64,000 nt of DNA from Abditibacteriaceae bacterium (GCA_965277285.1 OZ255721.1:2784001-2848000); one strand, 5' to 3'; positions 29,351 to 40,291 are shown, numbered from the stretch's first letter. Notes: generated by a model not told the origin, from the sequence alone. Translations and numbers: made by a program.

Positions 29351-32300
29351 ATGAATTCTCCTGTTTTTCTCGATCCCAGCGGCAAGCGCAGCATTTGGGT
29401 CAGTCGTTTGGGAATGGCGCTGACAATTTTGATCGTGGTGTGCGGCGTTTTGTTCGCGCGCACCTTGCTAACTTTGCCTTTTTTGCCGCACCGCGAAGGC
29501 GCTATCGAACATCGTTTTCGCAAGACGGCGTTTCCCTTTTTGCCGTCGCGCCAGGAACAGCTCGAACGCTTTTTGTTGCGTCGCGCGCACCTGGCGCTGT
29601 TTCGTGAAATCGCCGCCGATGATGATACGCCTTCTTCAGTCGAATTATCCAATGGCGTGACATCCAAAAACAATCTTAAACCACGCTTTCTTAAACGCGG
29701 CGGACATCCCGAATCGCGCGTTTCGAGTACTCGAACACCGCGCTCAACGCCAGTTCAAACGCCAGTTGTCGCCACAAATGCGCCGGCCATGAACGCGTCC
29801 GCGCCGCCGATTGTGGCGGCGTTTTATGCGACGTATCAAACGACGGGTTTGAATTCTCTGCGCGCCAACGCCAGTCGTTTAACGCACGTTATGCCGGAAT
29901 GGTTGCACTTGGACGCGACGGGAACCAATCTGGATTTGACGGATTGGAATCCGTCTTTGACGCCGAAAAACCTCGATGTCGTGAAAATCGCGCAAGCCAA
30001 CCATTTGCAAATCCAGCCGATTTTGAACAACGCTCATGGCGGACAGTTCGATGAAGGGCGCCTCGCCCGTTTGTTGCAATCGCCGCAAAACCAGCAAACT
30101 TTGGCGAATGCGACGCGCGATTGGTTGCTATCTCATCATTTCGATGGCTTGAACCTTGACCTGGAAAACATGAACGCGGAGGATTTGGCGCGCTTCCCGC
30201 AATTTGTGGCGCTGATGTCACGCACTTTGAAAGCCGCCAATTTAACGCTCAGCGTCGATGTCGAAGCCGATCATGCGACCGATGCGAGGTGGAAACAGAT
30301 CGCGCAAGATTGCGATTTCCTAATTTTGATGGCGTATAACGAGCACGGCGCCGATTCGACTGATCCGGGCGCCATTGCTTCGGCGAAGTGGAGCTACGAC
30401 CTTTTGCAGCAGTTCAAAGCGAATGTTCCGCTCAACAAAATCGTGTTGGGCGTCAGCAATTATGCTTATGATTGGACGCGCGGCAAGCCTCTGGCGCAGA
30501 CTGTGACCTATCAGGGCGCGATTTCGCTGGCGCGCGATTATCGCAGCGATACGACGCCCGAACAAGCGGTTGACTTCGACGATGACGCGCTGGAAACGAC
30601 TTTCGAGTACTCGGATGACGCGGGTGGCGCGCACGAAGTGTGGATGACGGACGGCGTTTCGGCGTTCAATCAATGGAAACTGGCGCAGCATGACGGCGTG
30701 CGCGGCGCGGCCTTGTGGGTTTTGGGTTCGGAAGACCCGACGATCTGGAGTTTTCTCGACCGCAGCAAGATGAGCAAAGCGCCGTCGCCGGATGGCTTGA
30801 GCACGATTCATTTTCCGACCCAAGTCGGATTTGAAGGCCAGGGAGAAGTGCTGACAGTTCATTCGACGCCGCAAATGGGCGTGCGCAAAATCACAATCGA
30901 CGAAGACAACGGGCTTTGCACCGACATGGAATACCAAAAATATCCATCGCCTTTTGTGCTGCAGCGCAGCGGCTATCAGAAAAACGCCATCGCCCTGACC
31001 TTCGACGACGGGCCGCAAGCCGGTTTCACCGAACCGATTTTGGATATTCTGCGCGAAAATCACGTTCCCGGCACGTTTTTTATGATCGGCGAAAACGCTG
31101 AGCGCAACCCTAAATTGGTGCGCCGCGTGTATGCCGAAGGCAACGAAATCGGCAGCCACACTTTCACGCACCCAAACCTGGGCGAAGTGAGCACGCGACG
31201 CGCGACCCTGGAACTGAACGCGACGCAGCGCGCTCTGGAAAGCATCCTGGGGCATTCGACGATTTTATTTCGCCCACCGTATAACGCCGACGCCGAGCCG
31301 CAAACCGAAGCCGAAGTGCGGCCTGTCGTGCTCGCCTCGCAAATGGGCTATGTGACGATTGGCGAACTGATTGATCCGCAAGATTGGAACTTGTTCAAGA
31401 CCGGCGTGGATGGCGCTCCGGCTCCGCGCAGTGCCGATGAACTGGCGCATTCGATCTTGAGCGAAGTCCACAAAGCGAACCAGCCTAACGGCGACAATGG
31501 CAATATGTTGTTGTTGCACGACGGCGGCGGCGACCGCACCAACACGATTGAAGCGTTGCGTATCGTAATTCCCGAACTGAAAAAAGAAGGCTACCACTTC
31601 GTATCGGTTTCGCAATTGATGGGCGTCAGCCGCGACGCTGTGATGCCGCGCATCAGCGACCGCGACCGTCTTCTGGTCGGCTTCGACCGCGTGATTTTCG
31701 ATGCCGTGTTTTTGTTTGAAAGCGGCCTGCGCATCGCCTTTGTCGCGGCGATTGTGCTGGGTTTGGCGCGCGTGCTGTTTGTGACGCCGCTGGCTTTGAT
31801 CGCTTGGCGCCGCGACAAAAAAACCTCACTGGCATTATCGAGTACTGGAAACCAGAACTGGCCGACGGTCAGCGTTTTGGTGGCGGCTTACAACGAAGAA
31901 AAAGTGATCGTGCGCACGATTCGCAGCATTCTCAGCAGCGAATATCCGCGACCTTTTGAAGTCGTGGTGGTTGACGACGGTTCGCGCGACGGCACAGCCG
32001 AAGAAGTCGAGAAAAATTTCGCCGATGAGTCGCACGTGCGCTTGATTCGCCAGGAAAACGGTGGCAAAGCGAGCGCTCTCAACCGCGCCATTGAAGCCGC
32101 AAACGGCGAAGTTCTGGTGTGTTTCGATGCTGATACGCAAATCGCGCCGGATGCGATTGCGATTATGGCGCGCCATTTCGTGGACGAAGAAGTCGGCGCC
32201 GTGGCCGGCAACGTCAAAGTCGGCAATCGCTTGAATTTGCTGACGCGCTGGCAATCGATTGAATACATCACCAGCCAGAACCTGGATCGTCGCGCTTACG

Positions 32301-33046
32301 CGTTGCTCAACGCGATCACGGTCGTGCCGGGCGCGATTGGCGCGTGGCGGCGCGAAGCTGTGATGGAAGCGGGCGGTTACACGACCGACACGCTGGCTGA
32401 AGACATGGATTTGACGTGGCGCATTCGTCGCGCGGGTTGGCGCCTGGCGACCGATAGCGGCGCTCTGGCGTGGACGGAAGCGCCCGATACGGTGCGCGGT
32501 TTCTTCAATCAGCGTTTTCGCTGGGCCTATGGAACGCTGCAATGCTTGTGGAAACATCGCGGCGCATTGGGGCGCTATGGCTGGTTCGGCGGCTTGGCGT
32601 TGCCGATGTTGTGGCTGTTCCAGTTCGTCTTTCAAGTGATCGCGCCTTTGGTGGACTTGCAGATTTTGTATTCGCTGCTGGGTTTCGCCAACTCGAAAAT
32701 CACCAGCGTTGTGCTGCATCAGGATTGGCAGCCGATGACTCAGGCGAAAAGCGACTTGACGAACGTCCTGATTTTCTACGCGATCTTTTTTGCGGCGGAA
32801 TTGTTGGGCGCAACGATTGCGTTTTTGCTGGACAAAGAGCGCGTGCGGCAATTGGGCTGGCTGTTTCCGCAGCGTTTCGTGTATCGCCAGTTGATGTATG
32901 CTGTGGTGTGGAAAGCGTTGTGGAAAGCAGCGCGCGGCCTGCCTCAAGGCTGGGGCAAACTCCAGCGCAAAGGCACGGTGCAAACGCCAGTCAGCAGCGC
33001 CAATAACGCGGCCAAAACAAAAGAGAACGTTTCAACAGCGCCTTGA
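29351..33046 (+). CDS. GH18 hydrolase + CE4 polysaccharide deacetylase + GT2 glycosyltransferase fusion
   Basis: FDGLNLDLE (GH18), LTFDDGP/HTFTH/FRPPY/LLHDGGG (NodB), VDDGS/DAD/LAEDMD/QRFRW (GT2). Confidence 0.92.
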   Translation: MNSPVFLDPSGKRSIWVSRLGMALTILIVVCGVLFARTLLTLPFLPHREGAIEHRFRKTAFPFLPSRQEQLERFLLRRAHLALFREIAADDDTPSSVELSNGVTSKNNLKPRFLKRGGHPESRVSSTRTPRSTPVQTPVVATNAPAMNASAPPIVAAFYATYQTTGLNSLRANASRLTHVMPEWLHLDATGTNLDLTDWNPSLTPKNLDVVKIAQANHLQIQPILNNAHGGQFDEGRLARLLQSPQNQQTLANATRDWLLSHHFDGLNLDLENMNAEDLARFPQFVALMSRTLKAANLTLSVDVEADHATDARWKQIAQDCDFLILMAYNEHGADSTDPGAIASAKWSYDLLQQFKANVPLNKIVLGVSNYAYDWTRGKPLAQTVTYQGAISLARDYRSDTTPEQAVDFDDDALETTFEYSDDAGGAHEVWMTDGVSAFNQWKLAQHDGVRGAALWVLGSEDPTIWSFLDRSKMSKAPSPDGLSTIHFPTQVGFEGQGEVLTVHSTPQMGVRKITIDEDNGLCTDMEYQKYPSPFVLQRSGYQKNAIALTFDDGPQAGFTEPILDILRENHVPGTFFMIGENAERNPKLVRRVYAEGNEIGSHTFTHPNLGEVSTRRATLELNATQRALESILGHSTILFRPPYNADAEPQTEAEVRPVVLASQMGYVTIGELIDPQDWNLFKTGVDGAPAPRSADELAHSILSEVHKANQPNGDNGNMLLLHDGGGDRTNTIEALRIVIPELKKEGYHFVSVSQLMGVSRDAVMPRISDRDRLLVGFDRVIFDAVFLFESGLRIAFVAAIVLGLARVLFVTPLALIAWRRDKKTSLALSSTGNQNWPTVSVLVAAYNEEKVIVRTIRSILSSEYPRPFEVVVVDDGSRDGTAEEVEKNFADESHVRLIRQENGGKASALNRAIEAANGEVLVCFDADTQIAPDAIAIMARHFVDEEVGAVAGNVKVGNRLNLLTRWQSIEYITSQNLDRRAYALLNAITVVPGAIGAWRREAVMEAGGYTTDTLAEDMDLTWRIRRAGWRLATDSGALAWTEAPDTVRGFFNQRFRWAYGTLQCLWKHRGALGRYGWFGGLALPMLWLFQFVFQVIAPLVDLQILYSLLGFANSKITSVVLHQDWQPMTQAKSDLTNVLIFYAIFFAAELLGATIAFLLDKERVRQLGWLFPQRFVYRQLMYAVVWKALWKAARGLPQGWGKLQRKGTVQTPVSSANNAAKTKENVSTAP

Positions 33047-33125
33047 GTCCATCGCGCCGTTGTTTGAGGCGTTGTTTGTTGCAGACGTTCGAGTACTCGA
33101 AGTCCTAATTTCTGGAGGAAGAAGA

Positions 33126-33626
33126 ATGATCGAAGTTTGTTCCGATGTTCGTTTCAAAGCGCGTGTGGTGCGCACGGCGTCCGTAGTTGCTGGCGCCGTT
33201 GTTTGTATTGTCACAGCGCAAAACGCGCAGGCCACCATCACGCACCATCAGACGATGGTTTCGTGCAAGACATCCAAAGGCCCGAAAACTATCAAGACTG
33301 CTTCAGGCTTGAAGTATCAGGATTTGCGCGTCGGTACGGGCGCTGTCGCCAAAGCCGGACAAACCGTGACCGTGAATTATCGCGGAATGTTGACCAACGG
33401 CACGGTTTTCGACGAATCGTATAAGCGCGGCGAGCCGTTTACGTTTTTGCTGGGCGGCGGACAAGTGATCAAAGGCTGGGACGAAGGCGTGGCCGGAATG
33501 CGCGTCGGCGGCAAGCGCAAGCTGATCATCCCGCCCGATTTGGGTTATGGCGCGCAAGGCGCTGGCGGCGTTATTCCACCGAACGCAACCCTGATCTTTG
33601 AAGTCGAACTCGTCAAAATTGGCTAA
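33126..33626 (+). CDS. FKBP-type peptidyl-prolyl isomerase with signal peptide
   Basis: [50 protein letters not shown]. Confidence 0.95.
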   Translation: MIEVCSDVRFKARVVRTASVVAGAVVCIVTAQNAQATITHHQTMVSCKTSKGPKTIKTASGLKYQDLRVGTGAVAKAGQTVTVNYRGMLTNGTVFDESYKRGEPFTFLLGGGQVIKGWDEGVAGMRVGGKRKLIIPPDLGYGAQGAGGVIPPNATLIFEVELVKIG

Positions 33627-33646
33627 TTCGAGTACTCGAAACCCAA

Positions 33647-33717
33647 CGAACCCCAAGCGTAAGCGCGGGGGCTGAAGTAGCAGACACTTCAGCCCCCGCG
33701 CTTACGCTTGGGGTTCG
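33647..33717. repeat. Family B palindromic repeat
   Basis: CGAACCCCAAGCGTAAGCGCGGGGGCTGAAGT / ACTTCAGCCCCCGCGCTTACGCTTGGGGTTCG. Confidence 0.85.
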
Positions 33718-34106
33718 CTGTTTTGTAGCGCCGCAATCAGCGACGCGTTGGCGGCGGGAAACTCAGCCGTTTTCATCTCGCGCGGCAACATCCAGCGCAA
33801 TTCGCTCGCAGCCAGAGTTTGCGGTTCGCCGGAAATGATTTTTGCATCGAACGGAAACAACGTCACCGTGCGATTCGAGTACTCGAATGGGATTGGCTTG
33901 CGTTCGCCAGTAATCTCGATTTCAACGCCTAATTCTTCGCGCGCTTCGCGGATGGCACAATCGCGCGGCACTTCATCGAGTTCACATTTGCCGCCGGGGA
34001 ATTCCCAAAGATTCGGCAAATGTTCGGCGTGGGATAAGCGACGTTGAACCAGAACACGATTGTTGCGCCAGAGCAAAACGATGGCGATGGAAAACGAAGG
34101 CTGCAT
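33702..34106 (-). CDS. NUDIX hydrolase, MutT/NudG-like
   Basis: WEFPGGKCELDEVPRDCAIREAREELG Nudix box, FPAAN. Confidence 0.9.
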   Translation of the reverse strand: MQPSFSIAIVLLWRNNRVLVQRRLSHAEHLPNLWEFPGGKCELDEVPRDCAIREAREELGVEIEITGERKPIPFEYSNRTVTLFPFDAKIISGEPQTLAASELRWMLPREMKTAEFPAANASLIAALQNSEPQA

Positions 34107-34154
34107 GAAAATTGCACTTGTTGGGCGCACGAAATTGCAAGCGGGAGGAACAGG

Positions 34155-34595
34155 ATGAGAAAACGTTTTTTGATAGTTGCCTGTCTGTCGTCGGGCGCGT
34201 TACTTTCACTGGGCGCGATGGTGGCGCCGTCGCGTTCGATGCCGAGGGAAGCGGTTTCGCAGTGCGCAACGGTCGCCAAAGTCACCGGAAATGGCCATCG
34301 TTTCGTTTACAAAAATCTGAACGAACTGGACCTTTCTGGCAACGACAACACGGTAATGGTCGATGGGACTTGTAATTTCCTCAGCGTCACCGGCAACCGC
34401 AACACGATTCAAGTGCAACGCTGCGATGACTTTGAAATCGACGGCAATTTCAATCGCGCCACGCTAAAATTCGCGCAAAACATCACGACGCCAGGCAATG
34501 ATAACAAAGTCACCTGGTCTAAAAGCATTTTGCCGCGCGGCATCGCTATCCTCAATACGGGCAGCCGCAACGCGATTATTCACACGCGCCGTTGA
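34155..34595 (+). CDS. Secreted Asn/Gly-rich beta-solenoid-like protein (DUF3060-like), paralog 1
   Basis: Signal peptide; repeated xGNxNxV motifs; GGAGG RBS. Confidence 0.7.
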   Translation: MRKRFLIVACLSSGALLSLGAMVAPSRSMPREAVSQCATVAKVTGNGHRFVYKNLNELDLSGNDNTVMVDGTCNFLSVTGNRNTIQVQRCDDFEIDGNFNRATLKFAQNITTPGNDNKVTWSKSILPRGIAILNTGSRNAIIHTRR

Positions 34596-34604
34596 AACTG
34601 TCAG

Positions 34605-34650
34605 AACAAAAAAGTGAGCGTTCGAGTACTCGAATGCTCACTTTTTTGTT
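34605..34650. terminator. Intrinsic terminator with the 12-bp palindrome at its apex
   Basis: AACAAAAAAGTGAGCGTTCGAGTACTCGAATGCTCACTTTTTTGTT. Confidence 0.85.
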
Positions 34651-34746
34651 TTTTGCCGTAACAATTCGTAACGAGAAACGTTAACGCGTCCGATTGTAAA
34701 ATGACGAAACCGAAGTCGCTTTGACAAAACCAACGGGAGAAGCACG

Positions 34747-35361
34747 ATGAGAAAACAGTTGCGCGCGACGTGGTTTGTAGTTGGCATTGCCCTGGCGAAC
34801 GGTGTGATAATGCCGTCGCATGCGGTTCCGGTTCCTCCGCCGGTTCAGGTGCCTTATCATTCTTCGCCGGATTTCAACATCACCGACAGCAATCGTCGCT
34901 TCACCTTCACCAATCAGGGAACGGTGAACCTGGTCGGCAACAACGACATTCTGTTCATCAAAGGGCATTGCGACGAAATCAACGTTACGGGTCACGACGA
35001 TACCGTCTTTATGGGCGAATGTGCTTATCCCAATATCTCCGGCCACAACAACATCGTCAAGATACTGCACGATTGCAATGTTCTCGATGCTCTCGGCTCG
35101 CGCAACGACATCGCTGTCGAAGGTCATTGCCACGATCTCAACATTTACAACGCGGGCAACAGCGCAAACGTCGATATTTTAGACAACCTTTTGATCAAAG
35201 GCAACCATAACGCCATCAAGATTCGCCTGGCCGCTGGCGGACGCATCGAAGGCGACGATAACACCGTTATTTATCAGCACGGCATAGGACGCGATCACAT
35301 TACGGTCAGCCAGCGATTTGATGTGCGAGGTCGGCGCAACACCGTAAAACGAGTCCCTTAG
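34747..35361 (+). CDS. Secreted beta-solenoid-like protein, paralog 2
   Basis: Signal peptide; GxxN repeats; C-terminal VIYQHGIGRDHITVSQRF..G.RNTVKRVP. Confidence 0.7.
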   Translation: MRKQLRATWFVVGIALANGVIMPSHAVPVPPPVQVPYHSSPDFNITDSNRRFTFTNQGTVNLVGNNDILFIKGHCDEINVTGHDDTVFMGECAYPNISGHNNIVKILHDCNVLDALGSRNDIAVEGHCHDLNIYNAGNSANVDILDNLLIKGNHNAIKIRLAAGGRIEGDDNTVIYQHGIGRDHITVSQRFDVRGRRNTVKRVP

Positions 35362-35366
35362 TGAGA

Positions 35367-35402
35367 AAAAGCGAGCATTCGAGTACTCGAATGCTCGCTT
35401 TT
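35367..35402. terminator. 36-bp perfect palindrome/terminator centred on the 12-bp motif
   Basis: AAAAGCGAGCATTCGAGTACTCGAATGCTCGCTTTT, 5 nt after the stop codon. Confidence 0.85.
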
Positions 35403-35537
35403 GGCGGGTCGCAAGAAACTCGACCTAAAGCGTTTCCGTATTCGAGGGAAGACCGGGAGGAAAGACAAAGTTGCAGATGTTGCGCACCGTCGCATCAATT
35501 CGCCGTTCAAAAATGGCAAGCGCAGGAGAGTGCGAGA

Positions 35538-36419
35538 ATGAGAAGCAAGCGGTTTTGGACAGCGATTTTCGTCTTGTTCGGCCTGATGTTGGCAAACGGC
35601 GCGCTAACGCCAATTCACTCGGTGCCGTTTCAAACAAGTTCGCGTTGTTATAACGAGAGCGACACGACTCACATCAGCGGTGATAATGGAAGATACACTT
35701 TTGGCAAAAAAAGCGCGATTGACATTGAAGACGGTAACGGCAACTATGTGGACGTGCAAACGTGCGACATCAAACTGCTCGTGGAAAGCGACGACAACAC
35801 TGTCGTTATTCATAGCGGCGTTTGCAAATATATCGACATTCAGGGCAAGAACAATAAAATTGTCCTGAAAGGGAATTGCCTGCTGCTCTCCGTTCTCAAC
35901 GACAACAACACCGTCATCGCACAGGGAACGGGGACAATTCAACTTCTTGGCAGCCACAATGCCGTAAACGCTGCTACCATCGACTCCGCACTGCGGCCCC
36001 AGGACGTTGTGGCACAAACAGAACGCCCTCATAGAGGTGCTCCCAGGCCAAACCGCGACATACACGATTTACACGGCGTGCTTATCTGGGGCAGCGATAA
36101 CAAAATCACCATTCATCAAGGTGCTTGCGACACGATCAAAATCTCCGGCAAGGGCAACACGGTTTCGATGAGCAGTTCCTGTCAGACGCTCGAGGTGACG
36201 AACACCGGCCATAGCAACAAAATCAAAGTCGATGCGCTGAGCAACCTTCTGCTGCGTGGCAGCCTCAACGCGATTCGCATCGACAAAGCCGGTGGCGGAG
36301 AAATCACCGGCAACGACAACAGCGTGATTTATCAGCACGGCGTGGGACGCGGACACATCACCGTTGCTGAACGATTCAAAGTGACGGGACAGCGCGACAC
36401 CGTAAAACGAGTTCCTTGA
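35538..36419 (+). CDS. Secreted beta-solenoid-like protein, paralog 3
   Basis: AGGAG RBS, signal peptide MRSKRFW..., same repeats and C-terminal motif. Confidence 0.72.
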   Translation: MRSKRFWTAIFVLFGLMLANGALTPIHSVPFQTSSRCYNESDTTHISGDNGRYTFGKKSAIDIEDGNGNYVDVQTCDIKLLVESDDNTVVIHSGVCKYIDIQGKNNKIVLKGNCLLLSVLNDNNTVIAQGTGTIQLLGSHNAVNAATIDSALRPQDVVAQTERPHRGAPRPNRDIHDLHGVLIWGSDNKITIHQGACDTIKISGKGNTVSMSSSCQTLEVTNTGHSNKIKVDALSNLLLRGSLNAIRIDKAGGGEITGNDNSVIYQHGVGRGHITVAERFKVTGQRDTVKRVP

Positions 36420-36542
36420 GCAAAACGGCGTGCGTTCGAGTACTCGAATGCGCGCCTGGCGTCTTGTGGTGAACGGTGTGCAAAGGAAAAGGAAGTTGCG
36501 CCCGTTCGATCCTTTGTCTGGAACGAAGCACCTGGGAGAAAT

Positions 36543-37133
36543 ATGATGAGAAAACAGTATTTGGCACTAGGATTAGTTGTATGCGGCGCGATAAGTATAA
36601 GCAGCGTGATGATGGCGCCGCTGCAGGCGATGTCCGCTAAGGCACATTCGCGTTGTCAGGCGAGCAATCTCTATCAACAGGTCATTCGCGGCAAAGGTGG
36701 TCACTACAACTTCACAACAGCGTTGGAAAGCGTCAGCATTTACGGCGATAACAACGTTGTGACGGGATCATTCGGCCATACCAACGTTTATGGCAACGGC
36801 AACTTCGTGACCAATAATTTGGATCAATGGAGCGTATGCTACAAAACGGTTATTCAAGGTCAGAATAACCGTTTTGCGGTGCATAGCCTCTGTGGCGATC
36901 TTCTAATCGACAAAGCCGCCACGGGCAACCACGTTTCGATCGAAGTGCTTGTCGATCTTCTCCTTAAAGGCGACAACAACGGCGTCATCCTCATGACGGC
37001 AGTTGATGGTCGCATTACAGGCAACCATAACGTTATCCACTACGTTCGTTTAGTAGGAGAAGACGATAAGGATGTAAGCCAAAGGTTCAATGATACGGGC
37101 AAAGGCAACCGAATTGATGGAGAAAGTCGATAA
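36543..37133 (+). CDS. Secreted beta-solenoid-like protein, paralog 4 (divergent C-terminus)
   Basis: GGAG RBS, signal peptide, 'DLLLKGDNN...GRITGNHNVIHY...SQRF..TGKGN'. Confidence 0.7.
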   Translation: MMRKQYLALGLVVCGAISISSVMMAPLQAMSAKAHSRCQASNLYQQVIRGKGGHYNFTTALESVSIYGDNNVVTGSFGHTNVYGNGNFVTNNLDQWSVCYKTVIQGQNNRFAVHSLCGDLLIDKAATGNHVSIEVLVDLLLKGDNNGVILMTAVDGRITGNHNVIHYVRLVGEDDKDVSQRFNDTGKGNRIDGESR

Positions 37134-37241
37134 AGATGTGAATCAAAGGTTCAAAGATACGGGCAAAGGCAACCGGATGATCCACGACAAGCCTCCTCTA
37201 CAACTCTGAGGTTTGAGGACAAGCGTAACAGGAGAAAGGCG

Positions 37242-37811
37242 ATGCGAAAACTTTGGTTGGCCGTTGTTTTAACGATGTCTGGCGCGCTGATAACGCCGCT
37301 TCATTCGACGCAGGCCGATACGACCGATCATCCGTATGTGCGGCGCGGGCCGGATAAAAGCATCGAAGGCAACGGCGGAAACTACACTCTCGACGGTCAA
37401 TACAACAACGTCCTAATCAAAGGCAACTACAACACAGTTGTCGTAACTGGAGCGACCGATTACGTCAGTGTCTATGGTTTCGGCAACGCCATTGTGCTGC
37501 GCGGCAGCGACCGTTTTATCCATACGACTTACGTGTCTGGTCACAGCAACAACACGACAATCGAAGGTCGTTGTGGAAATTTCAACATCGATACAGGCGG
37601 CGACGGCAATTCGGTCAAGGCGAGCGCGCTGGATTCCCTGCTGCTCAAAGCCGATCACAACACGATCAACATCGGCAAGGCGGGTGGCGGCTGGATTCAG
37701 GGCAACGATAACACGGTTATTTATCAACACGGCGTGGGGCGCGGACACATCACCATCAGCCAGCGGTTCACCGTCACCGGCAAGCGCAATACGGTGCAGA
37801 GAATTCCCTGA
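37242..37811 (+). CDS. Secreted beta-solenoid-like protein, paralog 5
   Basis: AGGAG RBS, signal peptide, shared C-terminal motif. Confidence 0.72.
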   Translation: MRKLWLAVVLTMSGALITPLHSTQADTTDHPYVRRGPDKSIEGNGGNYTLDGQYNNVLIKGNYNTVVVTGATDYVSVYGFGNAIVLRGSDRFIHTTYVSGHSNNTTIEGRCGNFNIDTGGDGNSVKASALDSLLLKADHNTINIGKAGGGWIQGNDNTVIYQHGVGRGHITISQRFTVTGKRNTVQRIP

Positions 37812-37933
37812 AGCGCAGCCTGAACTGAGAGATCGAGTACTCGAATCGCGCTTTCTGAACGAGTCGCAAGAAGACAAAAGCAGAAGCGTTAACCCGAAGA
37901 ATTGCGGCGATAACGCAAAAGTAAAAAAGGAGA

Positions 37934-38836
37934 ATGATGAACAAATTTTCAGCGATGAGTTTGGTGGTGTGCGGCATTTTATTGGTGAACTACGCGACGA
38001 AGCCAGTGCATTCAACGCCGTTTGGAGCGAAATTCGGCGTCACAACAAGCTCACATTGTGACGACGACCCGAACTACACGGTTGGCGGCGATAACGGAAC
38101 TTTCAATTTCGGCCACAAAGACTGGATCGGCATTATCGGCAGCGGCAATACGGTTGTCGCCAATACGTGCGATGAACTCGTCATCAATGGCGACCGCAAC
38201 ACCGTGACCATTCAGGGCGGCGCCTGCAAGTCGATTTACAATTCTGGACGGCACAACAAAATTATCGTCCAGGGCAGCTGCCAATTGCTGCGCATGGACT
38301 GGGATCACAACGCTGTCATCGCCAACGAACTGGGCACGGTTCAACTGATCGGCAGCCACAATGCTGTTACGGCCAACGTCATCAACCCGACCCTGCGCCC
38401 GATTGACATTTTGAAGTCGTTGGGCGGCGTTGCCATAGGCCGTCACCATCCTCAACCGCAGCCCGATCCTGACTTGCAAAACCTGATGGGGGTGGTGATC
38501 CGGGGCAACAACAACAAAGTCACTTTGAACGGCGGGCATTGCGATACGATCAAAATCGCCGGACAGGTCAACGAAGTTTCGCTGAGCGGATCGTGCCAGA
38601 ACCTTGATGTCACCGCCACCGGACAAAACGTCGTGGCCAAAGTGGCGGTGTTGAACGATCTCCAGTTGGAAGGCAACCTGAACTCCATCACCATCGACAA
38701 AGCCAGTGGCGGCACGATTTCAGGCAACGACGATACCGTGATTTATCAACATGGCGTAGGACGTGGACACATCACCGTCGCTGAACGATTCAAAGTGACG
38801 GGACAACGCGACACCGTAAAACGCGTGACTTCTTAA
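37934..38836 (+). CDS. Secreted beta-solenoid-like protein, paralog 6
   Basis: AAGGAG RBS; colinear with paralog 3, including the Pro-rich loop and C-terminal motif. Confidence 0.72.
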   Translation: MMNKFSAMSLVVCGILLVNYATKPVHSTPFGAKFGVTTSSHCDDDPNYTVGGDNGTFNFGHKDWIGIIGSGNTVVANTCDELVINGDRNTVTIQGGACKSIYNSGRHNKIIVQGSCQLLRMDWDHNAVIANELGTVQLIGSHNAVTANVINPTLRPIDILKSLGGVAIGRHHPQPQPDPDLQNLMGVVIRGNNNKVTLNGGHCDTIKIAGQVNEVSLSGSCQNLDVTATGQNVVAKVAVLNDLQLEGNLNSITIDKASGGTISGNDDTVIYQHGVGRGHITVAERFKVTGQRDTVKRVTS

Positions 38837-38915
38837 ATGGTGTGAAGCCGTTACGCGCTCTATGGCGGCTGCCACGACATAAGACGCCAAACCCGCACCA
38901 CTGGTCAATGTGACG

Positions 38916-38960
38916 AAAAAAGGCGCGCTTGCAAGTACTCGAAGGCGCGCCCTTTGTTTT
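38916..38960. terminator. Bidirectional terminator with a degenerate palindrome in the loop
   Basis: AAAAAAGGCGCGCTTGCAAGTACTCGAAGGCGCGCCCTTTGTTTT between convergent genes. Confidence 0.7.
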
Positions 38961-38968
38961 GCTACGAT

Positions 38969-40291
38969 TTAATCCAGAGGCCGCAACACCATTCCCGTCA
39001 CCAGTTTTGGGTAAAAATACGTCGATTTTTGCGGCATTTTATCGCCTGCGTCGGCCACGCTTTGCACTTGTTCAACCGGCGTCGAGCGCAAAATGAAAGC
39101 GAGTTGATATTCTTCCTGATCGACTTTATCAATCGCTTCGGGCGAGGAAATCGTATAGGAAACATGACCGCCCGCCGCCAATTCATCCGGCCCAATTCCT
39201 ATCAAGCGTTGCATAATCAAGGTGTGCAAAACCGAAACGTCCAGGTCGTTGTAAGCGCGGCTGCGTTCGCTGTCCATTTGCGCCAGATGTTCGTCGCCTT
39301 CGTGCAATTGCAACAAGTAAGCGCGCCCGGGCAACGCCAAACCCAAGCGTCCGCGCGATTGTGGCGATTCGCTCAATTTGTCGAGCAACATGGCGCTTTG
39401 CTGCGGCGCGCTGTGATATTCGATTTCTTCGACATCGAAATGTTCGCTCAAAGCCTGCAACAAATTTTCGACTTTGGACGCGTCCGCGTTTTTCACCAAA
39501 CGATGCGTTGGCAAAACGACTAAACCGTCGTCGCTTGTCGAAACGCACATCATCAAGACGTAGTTTTCGTTTTCTTCGCCCGTCCAGTTTTGGCCGCTGC
39601 TTTCCGCTTTGGTCTGGCATTCGTTGCGATAGTTGAGCGCGGTTTCGTAGCGATGATGACCATCGGCGATGAAAATCGCTTCGTCTTCGAGCGCGGCTTC
39701 AATCGCGTTGCACGATTCGTCGTCCTGCAAAACCCACAAACGCTGAACCACGCCATCGTTATCGACAGCCTGCGCGTCCGGCTGGTGATTGCACACGGTT
39801 TCGAGTACTCGTTCGACCCAACCATCGCTGTCATTGAACAAACCGAATATCGGCGAAGTATTAGTGCGAGCCGCGCGCAGCAAGTTCAAGCGATCTTGTT
39901 TCGGGCCACTTAATGTGTGTTCGTGTGGCTTGACGACATCGCCAAACTCTTCCAAGCGAAGAGCGCCCAGAACACCGCGCCGCTTTTTGGTTTCGCCGCT
40001 GCCAGGAACCTCAAACTCTTGTTCGTAAATATAAAACGATTGTTCGTCGCGCTTCAAAACGCCTTGCGCTTGCCACTCTTTCAACGTCGCGTCAGCTTGT
40101 TGATATTGTTCGTCGGTGGCTTGCGTTCCATACGGCGCAGGCAGTTCGACGGCGATGATGTTGAACGGGCTTTTGCCCAAAAGTTCGTCGCGGTAAGCGC
40201 CTTTCACGACATCATACGGCGGCGCAATGACATCTGTCAGGTTCACTTTGTCGGAGTAGCGCAGTCCACGAAATTGAATAAATTCGGCCAT
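38969..40291 (-). CDS. DUF1015 family protein
   Basis: APPYDV, PHEHTLSGPKQDRL, IADGHHRYETA, MPQKSTYFYPK; AAGGA RBS. Confidence 0.9.
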   Translation of the reverse strand: MAEFIQFRGLRYSDKVNLTDVIAPPYDVVKGAYRDELLGKSPFNIIAVELPAPYGTQATDEQYQQADATLKEWQAQGVLKRDEQSFYIYEQEFEVPGSGETKKRRGVLGALRLEEFGDVVKPHEHTLSGPKQDRLNLLRAARTNTSPIFGLFNDSDGWVERVLETVCNHQPDAQAVDNDGVVQRLWVLQDDESCNAIEAALEDEAIFIADGHHRYETALNYRNECQTKAESSGQNWTGEENENYVLMMCVSTSDDGLVVLPTHRLVKNADASKVENLLQALSEHFDVEEIEYHSAPQQSAMLLDKLSESPQSRGRLGLALPGRAYLLQLHEGDEHLAQMDSERSRAYNDLDVSVLHTLIMQRLIGIGPDELAAGGHVSYTISSPEAIDKVDQEEYQLAFILRSTPVEQVQSVADAGDKMPQKSTYFYPKLVTGMVLRPLD

